Numbered from the stretch's first letter, positions 37,058-47,087 are shown. The stretch is DNA of 64,000 bases from Deinococcota bacterium (GCA_041695225.1 JBGFRI010000011.1:32001-96000), one strand, 5' to 3'. The notes: generated by a model not told the origin, from the sequence alone. Made by a program: numbers and translations.

Positions 37058-37575
37058 CGCTACGTGAACAACTACTACAGCTGATAGCCGATGGCCCAAA
37101 AACTCTCGATCAGGTTTACAAGATTGCCCACGATGACTGGGGACTCAGAGGATCGCTGGCTGAGGCCACGATTCTCACTGCCCTGCTGGATCTGGTCAGG
37201 GATGGAGCCCTGCAAAAGAATGGTCAGTACCCCAGAGTCGAGTACCGCCTGTCCGATCAGCTCCAGCTAGATCTGGTAGAAGGGTTGCCGTTGCGTGATC
37301 CACAGGTACTGTGGCAACGGGCCGAGGCCGTGGGAATCGCCAGGCGGTGCTGGAAGGAGCCCCTCTCGCAGGACTGGATCAACCAGCTTGCAGCCAGCGA
37401 GAAGCTGGTACGTGAGCGGGCCTGGCTCGAGTTTGATCTGCTGGTGAGCAGTCGATTGGAACAGCCCGGTCGGGGCCAGCGGCTGCTGGCGCACTACTCG
37501 CGCCTGCCCCGGTTGTTCCTCGAGGCGGTCTGCCGGGCAGTGGAGGCCCATAGGGCGCAGGAGCAATTCGCATGA
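37054..37575 (+). CDS. Hypothetical protein, wHTH-like N-terminus
   Basis: ATGA coupling; LLQLIADGPKTLDQV…YPRVEYRL. Confidence 0.5.
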   Translation: MTLREQLLQLIADGPKTLDQVYKIAHDDWGLRGSLAEATILTALLDLVRDGALQKNGQYPRVEYRLSDQLQLDLVEGLPLRDPQVLWQRAEAVGIARRCWKEPLSQDWINQLAASEKLVRERAWLEFDLLVSSRLEQPGRGQRLLAHYSRLPRLFLEAVCRAVEAHRAQEQFA

Positions 37576-38039
37576 GGCAGACACTAAAGATAATTGCACT
37601 GGTAATACTACTGGCCTGGGCTGCTGCCCAGGCAGTCTCTTTTTCCGGGCGGGCTTCAGTGGTGGATGGCGATACCATTGAAATACAAGGAGTTGCGATC
37701 CGCCTCTGGGGCATTGATGCGGTAGAGAGCCGCCAGACCTGCCTGGATGCCCGGGGCCAGCCCTGGGCCTGCGGACGGCAGGCGGCAAATGCTTTGAGCA
37801 CCTGGCTGGGACAGCGGACAGTCCACTGCCAGAAGCGCCGCAAAGACCGGTTTGGCCGGGTAGTAGCAGTGTGTAGCGTAGGTGGGGTTAATGTAAACCG
37901 CTGGCTGGTGGAGCAGGGCTGGGCCCTGGACTTTGCCCGGTTCAGCGGGGGCTATTTCGCCCAGGCGGAAGCAGTAGCTCGGCAGCAGCGCCGGGGCATC
38001 TGGCAGGGGCGGTTTGATCCACCCGGAGAGTGGCGATGA
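37572..38039 (+). CDS. Secreted thermonuclease (SNase family)
   Basis: VVDGDT, IRLWGIDAVE, DRFGR, LVEQGWA, RRGIW; signal peptide. Confidence 0.9.
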   Translation: MRQTLKIIALVILLAWAAAQAVSFSGRASVVDGDTIEIQGVAIRLWGIDAVESRQTCLDARGQPWACGRQAANALSTWLGQRTVHCQKRRKDRFGRVVAVCSVGGVNVNRWLVEQGWALDFARFSGGYFAQAEAVARQQRRGIWQGRFDPPGEWR

Positions 38040-38167
38040 GACTGGAACAGGTTGCCGGGGTAGATCTTCAGATTCCCACTCTGATCTGGCAGCACTGGGC
38101 AGCACGAGGTTTCGTGCTGGGGATCCTGGTCAGCTGGGTATGGTGCTGATTGTTTCGGAGGTAAGTT

Positions 38168-38650
38168 ATGCAGGTAGTATTTGGGCGAGGAGTCATTCGG
38201 TTGGATCAGCCAACTCTGCACTTACCGCTAGAAGATCTGGCACTATCCCTTTCGCGTATTCACCGCTGGAACGGGCATAGCCCCGTTACCGTGGCCCAGC
38301 ACTCGGTAATGGCCAGCTACCTGGTGCGGCATTTCTTTGCTGAGGCCCTGCTGCATGATGCAGCAGAGGCATTACTGGGAGATCTGATAACACCCCTCAA
38401 GCCATTAGCACCCGAACTGAGGGCGCTGGAAGAAAAGATACTGGAACGTATCTTCCAGTCCAGAGGGCTCATCTGGCCACTGCCAATCGAGGTTGATTGG
38501 GTAGACACCCGGCTGAAGGCGACTGAAGGGCGCGACTTTTTTGGCCTCGAGCCCAGGGTGCGGCCCTATCCCGCACCAGTCCAGCCCTGGGGGCCGAAGT
38601 ATGCACGGGAGCGGTTCTTGCAGCGGGCAGCAGAGCTGGGTTTAAAGTAA
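38168..38650 (+). CDS. HD-domain phosphohydrolase (YfbR-like 5'-deoxynucleotidase)
   Basis: RWNGH, TVAQHS, LLHDAAEALLGD. Confidence 0.8.
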   Translation: MQVVFGRGVIRLDQPTLHLPLEDLALSLSRIHRWNGHSPVTVAQHSVMASYLVRHFFAEALLHDAAEALLGDLITPLKPLAPELRALEEKILERIFQSRGLIWPLPIEVDWVDTRLKATEGRDFFGLEPRVRPYPAPVQPWGPKYARERFLQRAAELGLK

Positions 38651-38870
38651 GACGCTACCTTCTCTTCGTGGGTTGAACCTTTTTTTGAGACCAGCGGGCG
38701 GCCTGGCCGCCCGTGACTGGTTGTCGAGGTGATCAAAGAGGCATATCCAGTTCTGGCAGGAGAGGTTGATCGCCAGTTTGCTGAGCGTTTTGGAGCAAAG
38801 GCCCAACAAGAACCGAACTCACGGCTTTCCTGAAAGGCAAACTGGAGGGCCTACGGCCCTGGGAGTGGTG

Positions 38871-39110
38871 ATGATGGAAAACCAGAATTCACTTGAATAC
38901 TACCTGAGCCTACGCTATCCCGTTACGGTAATTCCCGAGATAGAAGGGGGCTACACCGCTTTTGTTCCCGATCTGCCCGGCTGTGTCACAGTAGGCGAGA
39001 CAGTAGAAGAAGCGCTGGAGATGATCAAGGATGCCCGCCGGCTGTGGCTTGAGACAGCCTACGAGCACGGTGACAGAATTCCCTTGCCCTACCTCATTCC
39101 CTGGGAATAA
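38871..39110 (+). CDS. hicB: HicB-family antitoxin, orphan
   Basis: YPVTVIPEIEGGYTAFVPDLPGCVTVGETVEEAL; no hicA seen adjacent. Confidence 0.85.
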   Translation: MMENQNSLEYYLSLRYPVTVIPEIEGGYTAFVPDLPGCVTVGETVEEALEMIKDARRLWLETAYEHGDRIPLPYLIPWE

Positions 39111-39143
39111 GGCTACTAAGCCAAACAGATTTAAGGAGGAGCG

Positions 39144-39566
39144 ATGAAGGTACTTTCCCACCCCAGGTTTCCCTACCCAAACTTCTGGTCTGGGACTGCC
39201 TGGTGCGACGTAGACATCTTCTTCCGGGGTGATGATGTTCTGGTGATCCTGCGGGACCAGGACGACCATGAAGGAACCAGTGTTACAAATGCCCTGGAAG
39301 AGGTCTGCCGCAAGGTGCGGCGGGAACTGCTGGTTCCAAACGGTTTGGCCGGTGAACGGTTGTACTGGATTCACTGGGCACGGACTGATCAGATTGCCAG
39401 CAAGGTAACGTTTGGCGATCCAGTACGTTTGGAAAGACCGGACTGGAAGTATTTGCGTCCTGAGGAATTCCAGCAGATTCTTTCCTACTTCCGGGCCCCA
39501 CACCAGCTTACTGAGTGGGAACAGGAAGGCAGCCTGGTTCTCAGGGCGCTGGCAGACGAGACATAA
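39144..39566 (+). CDS. Hypothetical protein
   Basis: 140 aa, RBS, GTSVTNALE motif. Confidence 0.6.
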   Translation: MKVLSHPRFPYPNFWSGTAWCDVDIFFRGDDVLVILRDQDDHEGTSVTNALEEVCRKVRRELLVPNGLAGERLYWIHWARTDQIASKVTFGDPVRLERPDWKYLRPEEFQQILSYFRAPHQLTEWEQEGSLVLRALADET

Positions 39567-39681
39567 CAGGCAAGCGACAGATTAATGTGCAAACTCCCCA
39601 AGTATTACGAGGGGAGAGTTTACGTTTTTCTGGTTCAGGGCTGAACCAGGGGGCAGCAAGCTGCCCCTGGGAGGAAGGTGT

Positions 39682-39849
39682 ATGGAAACTGATACTCACA
39701 CCACAACCAGCCAGATGTGTACGTGTAGCACACACTGCGTCGAGAGCCCCTACCACGAGTCAGCGTGTTGTTCACTCACGCACTGCCCATGCTGGTGCCA
39801 TGAAAACAAGCGGGCAAAAAAGAACACCGTATCCGGCAGGGAGGCGTAG
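39682..39849 (+). CDS. 55-aa Cys/His-rich peptide
   Basis: GGAGG RBS after repeat hairpin; 8 Cys and 5 His; stop abuts the ardC start. Confidence 0.5.
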   Translation: METDTHTTTSQMCTCSTHCVESPYHESACCSLTHCPCWCHENKRAKKNTVSGREA

Positions 39850-39851
39850 TG

Positions 39852-40658
39852 ATGAACAGCGAAGCGCTAAAGGAACGGCTACAAGCCCATCTGCAAACAT
39901 TGAGTGAGGAGCTTAAGCAAGGCAAGAGCCAGAACCTGCTCAAGCTTCTGGAGAAAATGGGGCGCTTCCACCAGTACAGCGCCCGTAATACCGTGCTGAT
40001 TCTCTTCCAGCGGCCCGACGCCAGCCTGGTGGCCGGGATGAAGCGATGGAATGAGATGGGTCGGAAAGTGAAGAAAGGTGAGCGGGCCATCGCCATCCTG
40101 GCCCCGACCATAAAGAATGTAGAGACAGTAGACAGGGCCACCGGCGAGGTAAAGGAAGACAGGCGGATTGTAGGATTCCACACCGCATATGTCTTCGACG
40201 TGTCTCAGACCGAGGGTAAGCCCATCGAGCTGGGCCGAGACCAGCCTGAAGAAGCTGCCCTGTATGCCCGACTGACGCAGGCTTGTCCGGTAAAGGTGCG
40301 GGAGGCGCTGCTACCTGCTGGAACAATCGGCAGGACCAACGGACGGGAGATTCAGCTATCCAGCACAATAAATTTCAGAGCGAAGGCCGAGACCCTGTTG
40401 CATGAATGGGCGCACATCTCGCTGGCGCACGTTACCCGGGAACGCAATGTCACGCTGGAAGAACTTGAAGCAGAGGCTGTGGCCTACGCAGTCGGTCGGG
40501 AGATCGGGCTTCCGATGCAGGGGAGCCGAAACTACATCCTGGCATTCCGGGGCACGGTGGAGAAGCTGGAGGAGTCGCTCGACCGGATCATGCGGGCGGC
40601 GCGGGAGATCCTCGAGGGCTTCTATGCCGGGAGGCCGGCGCTGGCAGCGGCAGCGTAA
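39852..40658 (+). CDS. ardC: ArdC-like anti-restriction/ssDNA-binding protein with HExxH domain
   Basis: FHQYSARNTVLI, W..MGRKVKKGERAI.ILAP, VFDVSQTEG, LLHEWAH, ELEAE. Confidence 0.85.
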   Translation: MNSEALKERLQAHLQTLSEELKQGKSQNLLKLLEKMGRFHQYSARNTVLILFQRPDASLVAGMKRWNEMGRKVKKGERAIAILAPTIKNVETVDRATGEVKEDRRIVGFHTAYVFDVSQTEGKPIELGRDQPEEAALYARLTQACPVKVREALLPAGTIGRTNGREIQLSSTINFRAKAETLLHEWAHISLAHVTRERNVTLEELEAEAVAYAVGREIGLPMQGSRNYILAFRGTVEKLEESLDRIMRAAREILEGFYAGRPALAAAA

Positions 40659-40675
40659 TCAGAAAAGGGCATGAT

Positions 40676-40909
40676 ATGAACATTGAATTTGATGGATACC
40701 GCTTAACAACTGACCATCCTGCCAGTTCGTATGGCATCCCTGTCCTGCTCATTGCGGGAAAGGCACATGGGGTTGGCAATCTATCGCCAGAAAAGCGCCT
40801 TTCGGTCAGCGGAGCTGCTCACAAAGCGCGGGCTCGAGGTCACCTGACAAAAGACAAGTACAGGGCAGTACTTGTGTTCCTCGGACTTCGGCACCCCGGA
40901 TACTATTGA
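40676..40909 (+). CDS. Hypothetical protein
   Basis: 77 aa; LTTDHPASSYGIPVL motif. Confidence 0.55.
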   Translation: MNIEFDGYRLTTDHPASSYGIPVLLIAGKAHGVGNLSPEKRLSVSGAAHKARARGHLTKDKYRAVLVFLGLRHPGYY

Positions 40910-40986
40910 GCCCAAGCCTGAGCTGACGGCGTAAACCAGGGGGGCAGCTAGGCTGCCCCACTTTTGTGGGTATAAAAGGAGGATGT

Positions 40987-41313
40987 ATGGCTCAAGTAGA
41001 CCTGAAAGCCACCATCGCAGCATTGATGGCGCTGCCTGGTAAGCTGATTTTTCACCCGGTGTCGGATGGAGTTGAGATAGGAGTCCAGAGCAACATTTCA
41101 GAGGATTCAGCAGATACTCTTACCATTTACGATGATGGGTATATCTCCGTAGATGATGGGTATTTCACAATCTTGGTCACCTGGGGCTCCATGAGCCACT
41201 GGGACCGGTGGGATGGGCCAACACTCAGGTACAGCGGAACCGTAGATGATGGAAGCGGAAGGTCGCTCCCAGACTGGGTAAAGTTCCTTCCCGAACCAAC
41301 CGAGATTTTTTGA
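40987..41313 (+). CDS. Hypothetical protein, paralog family P1
   Basis: AAGGAGG RBS after hairpin; LKATIAALMALPG…PDWV. Confidence 0.6.
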   Translation: MAQVDLKATIAALMALPGKLIFHPVSDGVEIGVQSNISEDSADTLTIYDDGYISVDDGYFTILVTWGSMSHWDRWDGPTLRYSGTVDDGSGRSLPDWVKFLPEPTEIF

Positions 41314-41412
41314 AGCAAAACGACGTTAACCAGAGGGCAGCTTTTGCTGCCCCTTTTCAGTTTGTGACAATGGCCCGGGCCAGGCGGGTAAACCCTGGCA
41401 AAGGTAGGAATT

Positions 41413-42117
41413 ATGCACAAAGCAGTTGTTCAGTTGTTCAAAGGTTCGACCACAATCACCCTGGAAGCGCCCTCACCGAAGGAGCTGATCCAGCAGCTCT
41501 CCTTCTACTCCCAGCTTCCACAGGAGTGCCCGGTGTGCGGAGCCGGGTTGGCCTTCAGCTACCGCGAGGCCCAGGGCTACAAGTTCTGGAGCCTGGTCTG
41601 CTCGGGTAAGCCCCAGCACGAATCGGTGTTTGGGCAATACAAAGCCGATGGTGGGCTTTTCTACAAGGCGGCCTGGACGGTTGTCCAGCGGGGCCGCGAG
41701 GAGGAGGAAGGGCCACCCCCTGCACCTGCGCCACAAAAGGCTGCTCCTCTGACGCAGGAGTCAGCGCAGGTTGCTGCAAAAGGGCCAGAACTGCCTGGTG
41801 GTCTGGCAACGGTAGTCCAGATGAAGCACCTGGGAGAGGCGCTAAAGGAGGCCGGGCTGACGGTTCCAAGCGGGGCCAACGCCAGGGAGTCCTCGCTTGT
41901 GGCTCAGCAGCAGCGGAATTTCCTGAGCACGGTGCTCGGGTCGAAAGTGACCCTGATCAAGAGCCTGACCGAAGAACAGGCCCACCGGATCTTGACTGCC
42001 CTGGGCAGCTACGATAAGGCGGGAAACTACCGGCCAGATCGCAGGAAGATTACAATAGCTCTGGAACATCACGTACAAAGCACAGCAGTAGACTTCACGC
42101 AGCTGGGAAAGGAGTAG
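41413..42117 (+). CDS. Hypothetical protein with CxxC zinc-ribbon-like motif
   Basis: ECPVCG…LVCSG..H; 234 aa. Confidence 0.6.
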   Translation: MHKAVVQLFKGSTTITLEAPSPKELIQQLSFYSQLPQECPVCGAGLAFSYREAQGYKFWSLVCSGKPQHESVFGQYKADGGLFYKAAWTVVQRGREEEEGPPPAPAPQKAAPLTQESAQVAAKGPELPGGLATVVQMKHLGEALKEAGLTVPSGANARESSLVAQQQRNFLSTVLGSKVTLIKSLTEEQAHRILTALGSYDKAGNYRPDRRKITIALEHHVQSTAVDFTQLGKE

Positions 42118-42122
42118 TTGCG

Positions 42123-42374
42123 ATGGAAGCCAGCCTCAAGGCTTCCCTGGCTGTCCTGCTCCAGCGGCCTGGGGAGCTAGTAATTCGCCGCAGCCCACAG
42201 GAGCAGAACGGCTGGGTCGAGATCACCGTCGTTCGGGAGGACGGTGAGGACAGTCTGATCATTTACGGTAACGGTTCAGTCCTAACAAATGTCGTATGGA
42301 ACGGAACAGCTTACGACTGGCCCGACTGGGTAGTCTGGGAGACTGCTAACTCACAGGTGCCGGGAACTGCGTAG
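42123..42374 (+). CDS. Hypothetical protein, paralog family P1
   Basis: LKASLAVLLQRPG…DSLIIYGNG…PDWV. Confidence 0.55.
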   Translation: MEASLKASLAVLLQRPGELVIRRSPQEQNGWVEITVVREDGEDSLIIYGNGSVLTNVVWNGTAYDWPDWVVWETANSQVPGTA

Positions 42375-42449
42375 CGGGCCCTGGCATAAAAGGTGGGGGG
42401 TTTCGGCCTCCCACCTTCCAGTTTTTAGTTTTTCAGGAGGAGGTATCCG

Positions 42450-43019
42450 ATGCAGATTCAACTCGATCTTGCAACAGTAACAGGCAGGGAGATTCTGAAA
42501 GCTCTGACCTGGGACATCCTGCAATGCGGTCAGAAGGCCAGCCAGGATCTGCCTGTAGAAGGAACAAGTAATCTGGCCCTCTGGACGATTTTTGACGAGT
42601 GCAGGAACATCCCCAGCCTTCAAGAGATAAACCTGTTACACGACTATGCGCTACAGCAGGCCACTCAAGAATACTGGTATCGAGAAGTGACTGAGATTGC
42701 TCGGGCATTTGCGGCCCTAGCTGGGGTTCCGCCAATACGTGCGACTACACCTGTCTCGGAATTCAAGGCTGGTTGCTCCACACCTGAGTCCCTCGATGCT
42801 GCGCTGGAGAGTGAGTACAACTGGAATGCTGAGTATTGGAGAATCAAACAGGCAATTACCCGCGCATTGGGAAAAGAGGTCTACGAGTACGAACAGACTC
42901 CCATGTTTTGGGCTGTATACCGGCTTAACCACGAAGTACAGAATGCCCGGGCAATGGCCATCATGTGGGCCTCGCTTTACATTCACCAGAAGTCCCGGGC
43001 CGGTCAGGAGGCAGCGTGA
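42450..43019 (+). CDS. Hypothetical protein
   Basis: AGGAGG RBS; 189 aa. Confidence 0.6.
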   Translation: MQIQLDLATVTGREILKALTWDILQCGQKASQDLPVEGTSNLALWTIFDECRNIPSLQEINLLHDYALQQATQEYWYREVTEIARAFAALAGVPPIRATTPVSEFKAGCSTPESLDAALESEYNWNAEYWRIKQAITRALGKEVYEYEQTPMFWAVYRLNHEVQNARAMAIMWASLYIHQKSRAGQEAA

Positions 43020-43867
43020 GCGATTCAACAAGTCTTTTCCAGAAGCGCCAGCCCACCCTGGGCCTGGTGGCCACCAAGGAGATCGCCCCGTGGCAAAGCG
43101 GAGCCAGGAGTGCCAGCACAAGAGCGATCAAGACGCTGGGCTTTGCCTCGACGGTACTGCTGCGGGCCTTTCCTGAACCAAAGCAGATTACTTACGAGGA
43201 CGGGTCTGTCGGGACTTTCCTTTTCGAGGTAGTTGACGGGGCCAGACGGCTTGACGATGCAAAGCGCGAAGGGCTGGAACAAATCCCGGCCACAATTCTG
43301 CCGCCCGAGACTACCGAAGCAGAGGTAGCAGCGTACCGGATCACCGCCAACCTGAGCCGACGGCCCAACCCGGCGCATGAGGTAGAAGCGCTAGAAAGTC
43401 TGTACCAGACCTACCAGCAACAAGGGTTAAGCGCCGAGGAGGCTCCCAGGGCGATAGCCGCAGCCCTGGGAATTAGTCTGGGTACAGTGAAGCGGCGTCT
43501 GAAGCTCACTACCCTGCCAGCGGTGGTGCGCCAGGCAGTAGCAGAGGGCAAGGTAGCCGCCAGTGTGGCCGAGGGTGTGGCTGGTCTAAACCCAGAACAG
43601 CAACAAGCCCTGGTAGAACGCCTTAACACGACGGGCAAGTTACACGCGGCTGATGTCGCTGATGCAAGACGGGTCAGGCGGGAGTCTCAGTTGGCTGGGC
43701 TGGGCGAGATACTTCTGGCCCTGGATGCACAGCCGGAGCCGGCAGAGCTGTTCAGACAGGCAGTAAGACAAGCTCTTGGTAATGGCCTTACTTCTGAGGA
43801 GATGATGGCTATGATCAAGGAGATCGCAGTGGGAAAGGAGGTAGATAGTGTTTATTGCCCGGGCTAA
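43016..43867 (+). CDS. ParB/RepB/Spo0J-family protein
   Basis: FEVVDGARRL (GxxR), ANLSRR.NP.HE, HTH IAAALGISLGTVKRRL. Confidence 0.8.
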   Translation: MSDSTSLFQKRQPTLGLVATKEIAPWQSGARSASTRAIKTLGFASTVLLRAFPEPKQITYEDGSVGTFLFEVVDGARRLDDAKREGLEQIPATILPPETTEAEVAAYRITANLSRRPNPAHEVEALESLYQTYQQQGLSAEEAPRAIAAALGISLGTVKRRLKLTTLPAVVRQAVAEGKVAASVAEGVAGLNPEQQQALVERLNTTGKLHAADVADARRVRRESQLAGLGEILLALDAQPEPAELFRQAVRQALGNGLTSEEMMAMIKEIAVGKEVDSVYCPG

Positions 43868-44591
43868 TCCTGAAGTTGAGCGAGGCTGCGGCAGTTCCCG
43901 CAAGCGGGGTGGGGTCTACCTGGAGACCGGTCTAGTTCCTGCTGGTGGGAAGCCTTTGGAACATTTTATGTTCGATCCACCCAAGCCATACCAGGCTGAG
44001 ATCAAGCGGGGAGTGCAGATCGTTGAGATCAACGGAACAAACCACGTTATTGATTACGTGGGACAGGACTCGTATCCCTACCCCTCCGATATTCTGGAGG
44101 AGATCCGGCTGCACGGGCTGTCCCGGCTGGTAAGCCCGGGCGTGATAAAAGGGCAGTTGTCCCGCTCGAGTACAGTGCTCTTAGTTCATGCCAGAGCCAT
44201 CCTGGTCAATGCGGCTGAGATGTATCCTTACCTGGAGAATGAGCGTCTGCAAGGACGCTGTAGCTACTATGTAGTAACCGGTAGTCAGTTACATCTGCAC
44301 AGCCCGGATACAGCCTGCACCCGGCACAGTTATGCGCTGGCTGAAGCTACCAGGGTAGAGCAGCGGGAAGAGCGGGTAGTCTTCATGCGCCAACTTACCC
44401 GGCATGTGGGCTACCGGGTTGAGCCGGTGCTACCGGAAGCGCCTACGCCACGGTGGGAGAGCGGGCTAATTGCGGCCCTGCCGATAACCAATATCAGCGT
44501 AGTTGCCTCCGAGGATGGCTCGCACCTGGAAACGCTGAATGAGCTACTAACTTCCCTACCGGAGATGCACATTACGGCAAGTCCGATGTAA
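43848..44591 (+). CDS. Hypothetical protein
   Basis: AAGGAGG RBS; ERGCG…RKRGGVYL N-terminus. Confidence 0.6.
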   Translation: MFIARANPEVERGCGSSRKRGGVYLETGLVPAGGKPLEHFMFDPPKPYQAEIKRGVQIVEINGTNHVIDYVGQDSYPYPSDILEEIRLHGLSRLVSPGVIKGQLSRSSTVLLVHARAILVNAAEMYPYLENERLQGRCSYYVVTGSQLHLHSPDTACTRHSYALAEATRVEQREERVVFMRQLTRHVGYRVEPVLPEAPTPRWESGLIAALPITNISVVASEDGSHLETLNELLTSLPEMHITASPM

Positions 44592-44602
44592 AAGGAAAAG
44601 AC

Positions 44603-44830
44603 ATGGCTCCGATACGTGTTTATGCTGCAACAGGGCCTAAAAAACAACCCCGGCCTGGATGGTTGGTGTGGGTGGAATGTCTTGGGAAGTACCTTTTCGC
44701 CCCAGACCGTACCTTGAAGACGTTTCACCTTCACGAAATCTCAAAGGTACGGCCCATGTATCCCCAGGACCAGGCCCGGCTGGAACAGGCCGGTTTGATT
44801 CAGCAGAGCGAGGAAACTAATGGTAGTTAA
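44603..44830 (+). CDS. Small hypothetical protein
   Basis: 75 aa, operonic. Confidence 0.5.
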   Translation: MAPIRVYAATGPKKQPRPGWLVWVECLGKYLFAPDRTLKTFHLHEISKVRPMYPQDQARLEQAGLIQQSEETNGS

Positions 44831-45287
44831 GGGCGATTTTCTCGAAGGAATTAATGATCCAATGGGTGTTGTGGCTGCCCCCACCAATGGAGTTATCACT
44901 CCTGGGGGACTGGTAATGGGGGCCGGGGCAGCCCTGGCTCTGGCCAGGCGCGTACCCGGTTTGCGGGAAGCTCTGGCCGAGCAGATAAAGCGGAAGGGGC
45001 TTATCAAAAGCGGTTTCCGCGAGTACGGCTTTATCACTGTGCTGTACAAGAACCGTCTGTGGGGGGCTTTCCAGACCAAACGGAGCTTTCGGCAAAAATC
45101 GGATCTGGAGCTTATCCGTTTCAGCGCCAAACAGTTACGAGTGTGGTTGCTGGAGAATCCTGAACACACGGTCCACCTGGCATTCCCTGGTATTGGGTTA
45201 GGAGGACTGAAGCCGGAGGATGTACTTCAGGTTTTCCAGGAAATACTTGGGCCCTCTCCAAAGCGAGTAAAGCTCTACCAGCTCTAG
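44820..45287 (+). CDS. Macrodomain (ADP-ribose binding/processing) protein
   Basis: VKGDFL, N…VMGAGAA, FQTK, FPGIGLGGL. Confidence 0.75.
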   Translation: MVVKGDFLEGINDPMGVVAAPTNGVITPGGLVMGAGAALALARRVPGLREALAEQIKRKGLIKSGFREYGFITVLYKNRLWGAFQTKRSFRQKSDLELIRFSAKQLRVWLLENPEHTVHLAFPGIGLGGLKPEDVLQVFQEILGPSPKRVKLYQL

Positions 45288-45297
45288 GAGGCAGAAG

Positions 45298-45825
45298 GTG
45301 CAGTACGTTTCTGAGTACATCAAGATGCTAAAGACCAGGGTCTGGGATAACCCAGGACTGGCTCAGGCTGCACGACAGCTAATCGAGGTCTACAATAACG
45401 ATGGTCCCATGCTCACGGCAGCGTATGCGCGTATCGTACTACACGCTTCAGAAGGCCCGGCCCGCCAGATGCTGGTAGATGTCAGTGCTCTAGGGAATCT
45501 CGATGACTCGGGTAATACCAGTCCCTGGACTCTGGCCGATCTCTCGCCCGAGGCGCAGGATCTACTGGATAACAGTTTCAAGCTACTCGAACAGCAGCTT
45601 CGAGAAACCCTGGCCGCCTGGCGGCAGGACCGAATCCTACTGGCCAGGCTACTGGTAGCAGCAGATACCTACACCGCTGATCAGACTGGTGCTGAGGATT
45701 CCCGGGTCGGGCTAGTGCAGCCGGTAACTGTTGCAGAGGCCGAGGCGCTCAACGCTGCGGTGGCCGCAGCCTGGGCCAGGCTGGGAACGGCTGAGGTAGA
45801 GAGGCTGCTACAAGACAAAGAATAA
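45298..45825 (+). CDS. Hypothetical protein
   Basis: AGGAGG RBS; 175 aa. Confidence 0.55.
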   Translation: MQYVSEYIKMLKTRVWDNPGLAQAARQLIEVYNNDGPMLTAAYARIVLHASEGPARQMLVDVSALGNLDDSGNTSPWTLADLSPEAQDLLDNSFKLLEQQLRETLAAWRQDRILLARLLVAADTYTADQTGAEDSRVGLVQPVTVAEAEALNAAVAAAWARLGTAEVERLLQDKE

Positions 45826-45876
45826 CCCTCAGGGGGCAGCCAGGCTGCCCCCTGTGCTGCCTGTGCAGGAGGTTGT

Positions 45877-46131
45877 ATGACAGAGATAACTATCCAGCTT
45901 GGCAGCACAATCCTTCATGGCGGCATAGCAGCCCGGATGGCTTACTGCCCGGTGCTAAAAGACACCTTTGGCATTATTTATCTGGAAACACCAAAAGGGG
46001 GTGTACTGTTGCCCAAACATGCCCTGGTTCCCCAAGGCAGCTATTACAAGCTGGCCCGCTGGTTTCGGGGCAGTCCTGAAGTATGGGCCAGACTCGAGTC
46101 GGCCAGCAGACTCGCCGGAATTAGCGCCTGA
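45877..46131 (+). CDS. Hypothetical protein
   Basis: AGGAGG RBS after hairpin; 84 aa. Confidence 0.55.
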   Translation: MTEITIQLGSTILHGGIAARMAYCPVLKDTFGIIYLETPKGGVLLPKHALVPQGSYYKLARWFRGSPEVWARLESASRLAGISA

Positions 46132-46148
46132 GTACGAGGAGGTATTAA

Positions 46149-47087
46149 ATGCGACTTGCCGGTAAAGCCAAGGCAGGGTTCTATCCCACGCCGCCCCGTA
46201 TTACCACACTGATCAAGCATTACTTTTACAAAGCGCTTGGCTGCAAGGTTCTCGATCCCTGCGCCGGGGAAGGAGTGGCGGTAAAGGCCCTGGCCGATCA
46301 CGTCAAAGGCTGGCCTCTTGCGATTGAACTATCCCGCGAGCGGGCGACAGCCTGTAAGAAGAACGGGGTCAGGACTTTTCACGGCGACAGTCTTTCCTAC
46401 ACTGGGAAAGGCTTTGGTCTGCTTTACCTGAATCCACCTTATGATGACGGGAACGGGGAAAGACTGGAACGCACCTTTCTCAAGCACTGGACACCTGCAT
46501 TACTAAGCAAGGGAGTGCTGGTTTTTATCATCCCCGAACGGGTGCTGGAGAAGGTGGAGGACTACCTCACTTCCTGGTACAGCCACCTGTTTGCCCTGCG
46601 TTTTCCTGAGCCGGAGTACCAGGCTTTTCGGCAGATCGTAGTCTTCGGGGTAAAGCGGGAAGAGCCTGTACCGCCTTCCAGTCTGAAAGTTACCCGCATT
46701 CTGGGAGACATTCACCACCGTTATTCGGTTCCGACTGAAGGCGCAGGACTGCTTTACACCCAGGGCCCCAGTGCTGAGGAGGCGCTGAGCCTGGCAGATA
46801 ACAGCCCTCTGTGGGCGCTTTTTGAAAAAAAGGCAGTCGGGCAGTTTCAGCCCCTGCTCCCACTCAAGGATGCACACCTGGCCCTGTTGCTGGCCGGAGG
46901 GCTGTTGAACAACCAGGTAGTGGAGATCGAGAGCGAGCCTTTTCTACTTAGAGGCCAGGTAAAGAAGACTGTCCTGACGCTCCACGAACAGGACGAACGA
47001 CGGGAAAAAACCATCGAACGGGAGCGGTTTACCGTCCAGGTAGTGGCGCTCGGACTCAGGAGTGGTCAGATACTCGAGATCAAGTGA
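46149..47087 (+). CDS. SAM-dependent DNA methyltransferase (DUF6094-like)
   Basis: GFYPTP, VLDPCAGEG, YLNPPY. Confidence 0.85.
   Translation: MRLAGKAKAGFYPTPPRITTLIKHYFYKALGCKVLDPCAGEGVAVKALADHVKGWPLAIELSRERATACKKNGVRTFHGDSLSYTGKGFGLLYLNPPYDDGNGERLERTFLKHWTPALLSKGVLVFIIPERVLEKVEDYLTSWYSHLFALRFPEPEYQAFRQIVVFGVKREEPVPPSSLKVTRILGDIHHRYSVPTEGAGLLYTQGPSAEEALSLADNSPLWALFEKKAVGQFQPLLPLKDAHLALLLAGGLLNNQVVEIESEPFLLRGQVKKTVLTLHEQDERREKTIERERFTVQVVALGLRSGQILEIK

Noticed and set aside
38713..38870. hicA toxin upstream of hicB
   Set aside because: No ORF with HicA-like GSH or HP motifs in any + frame examined.
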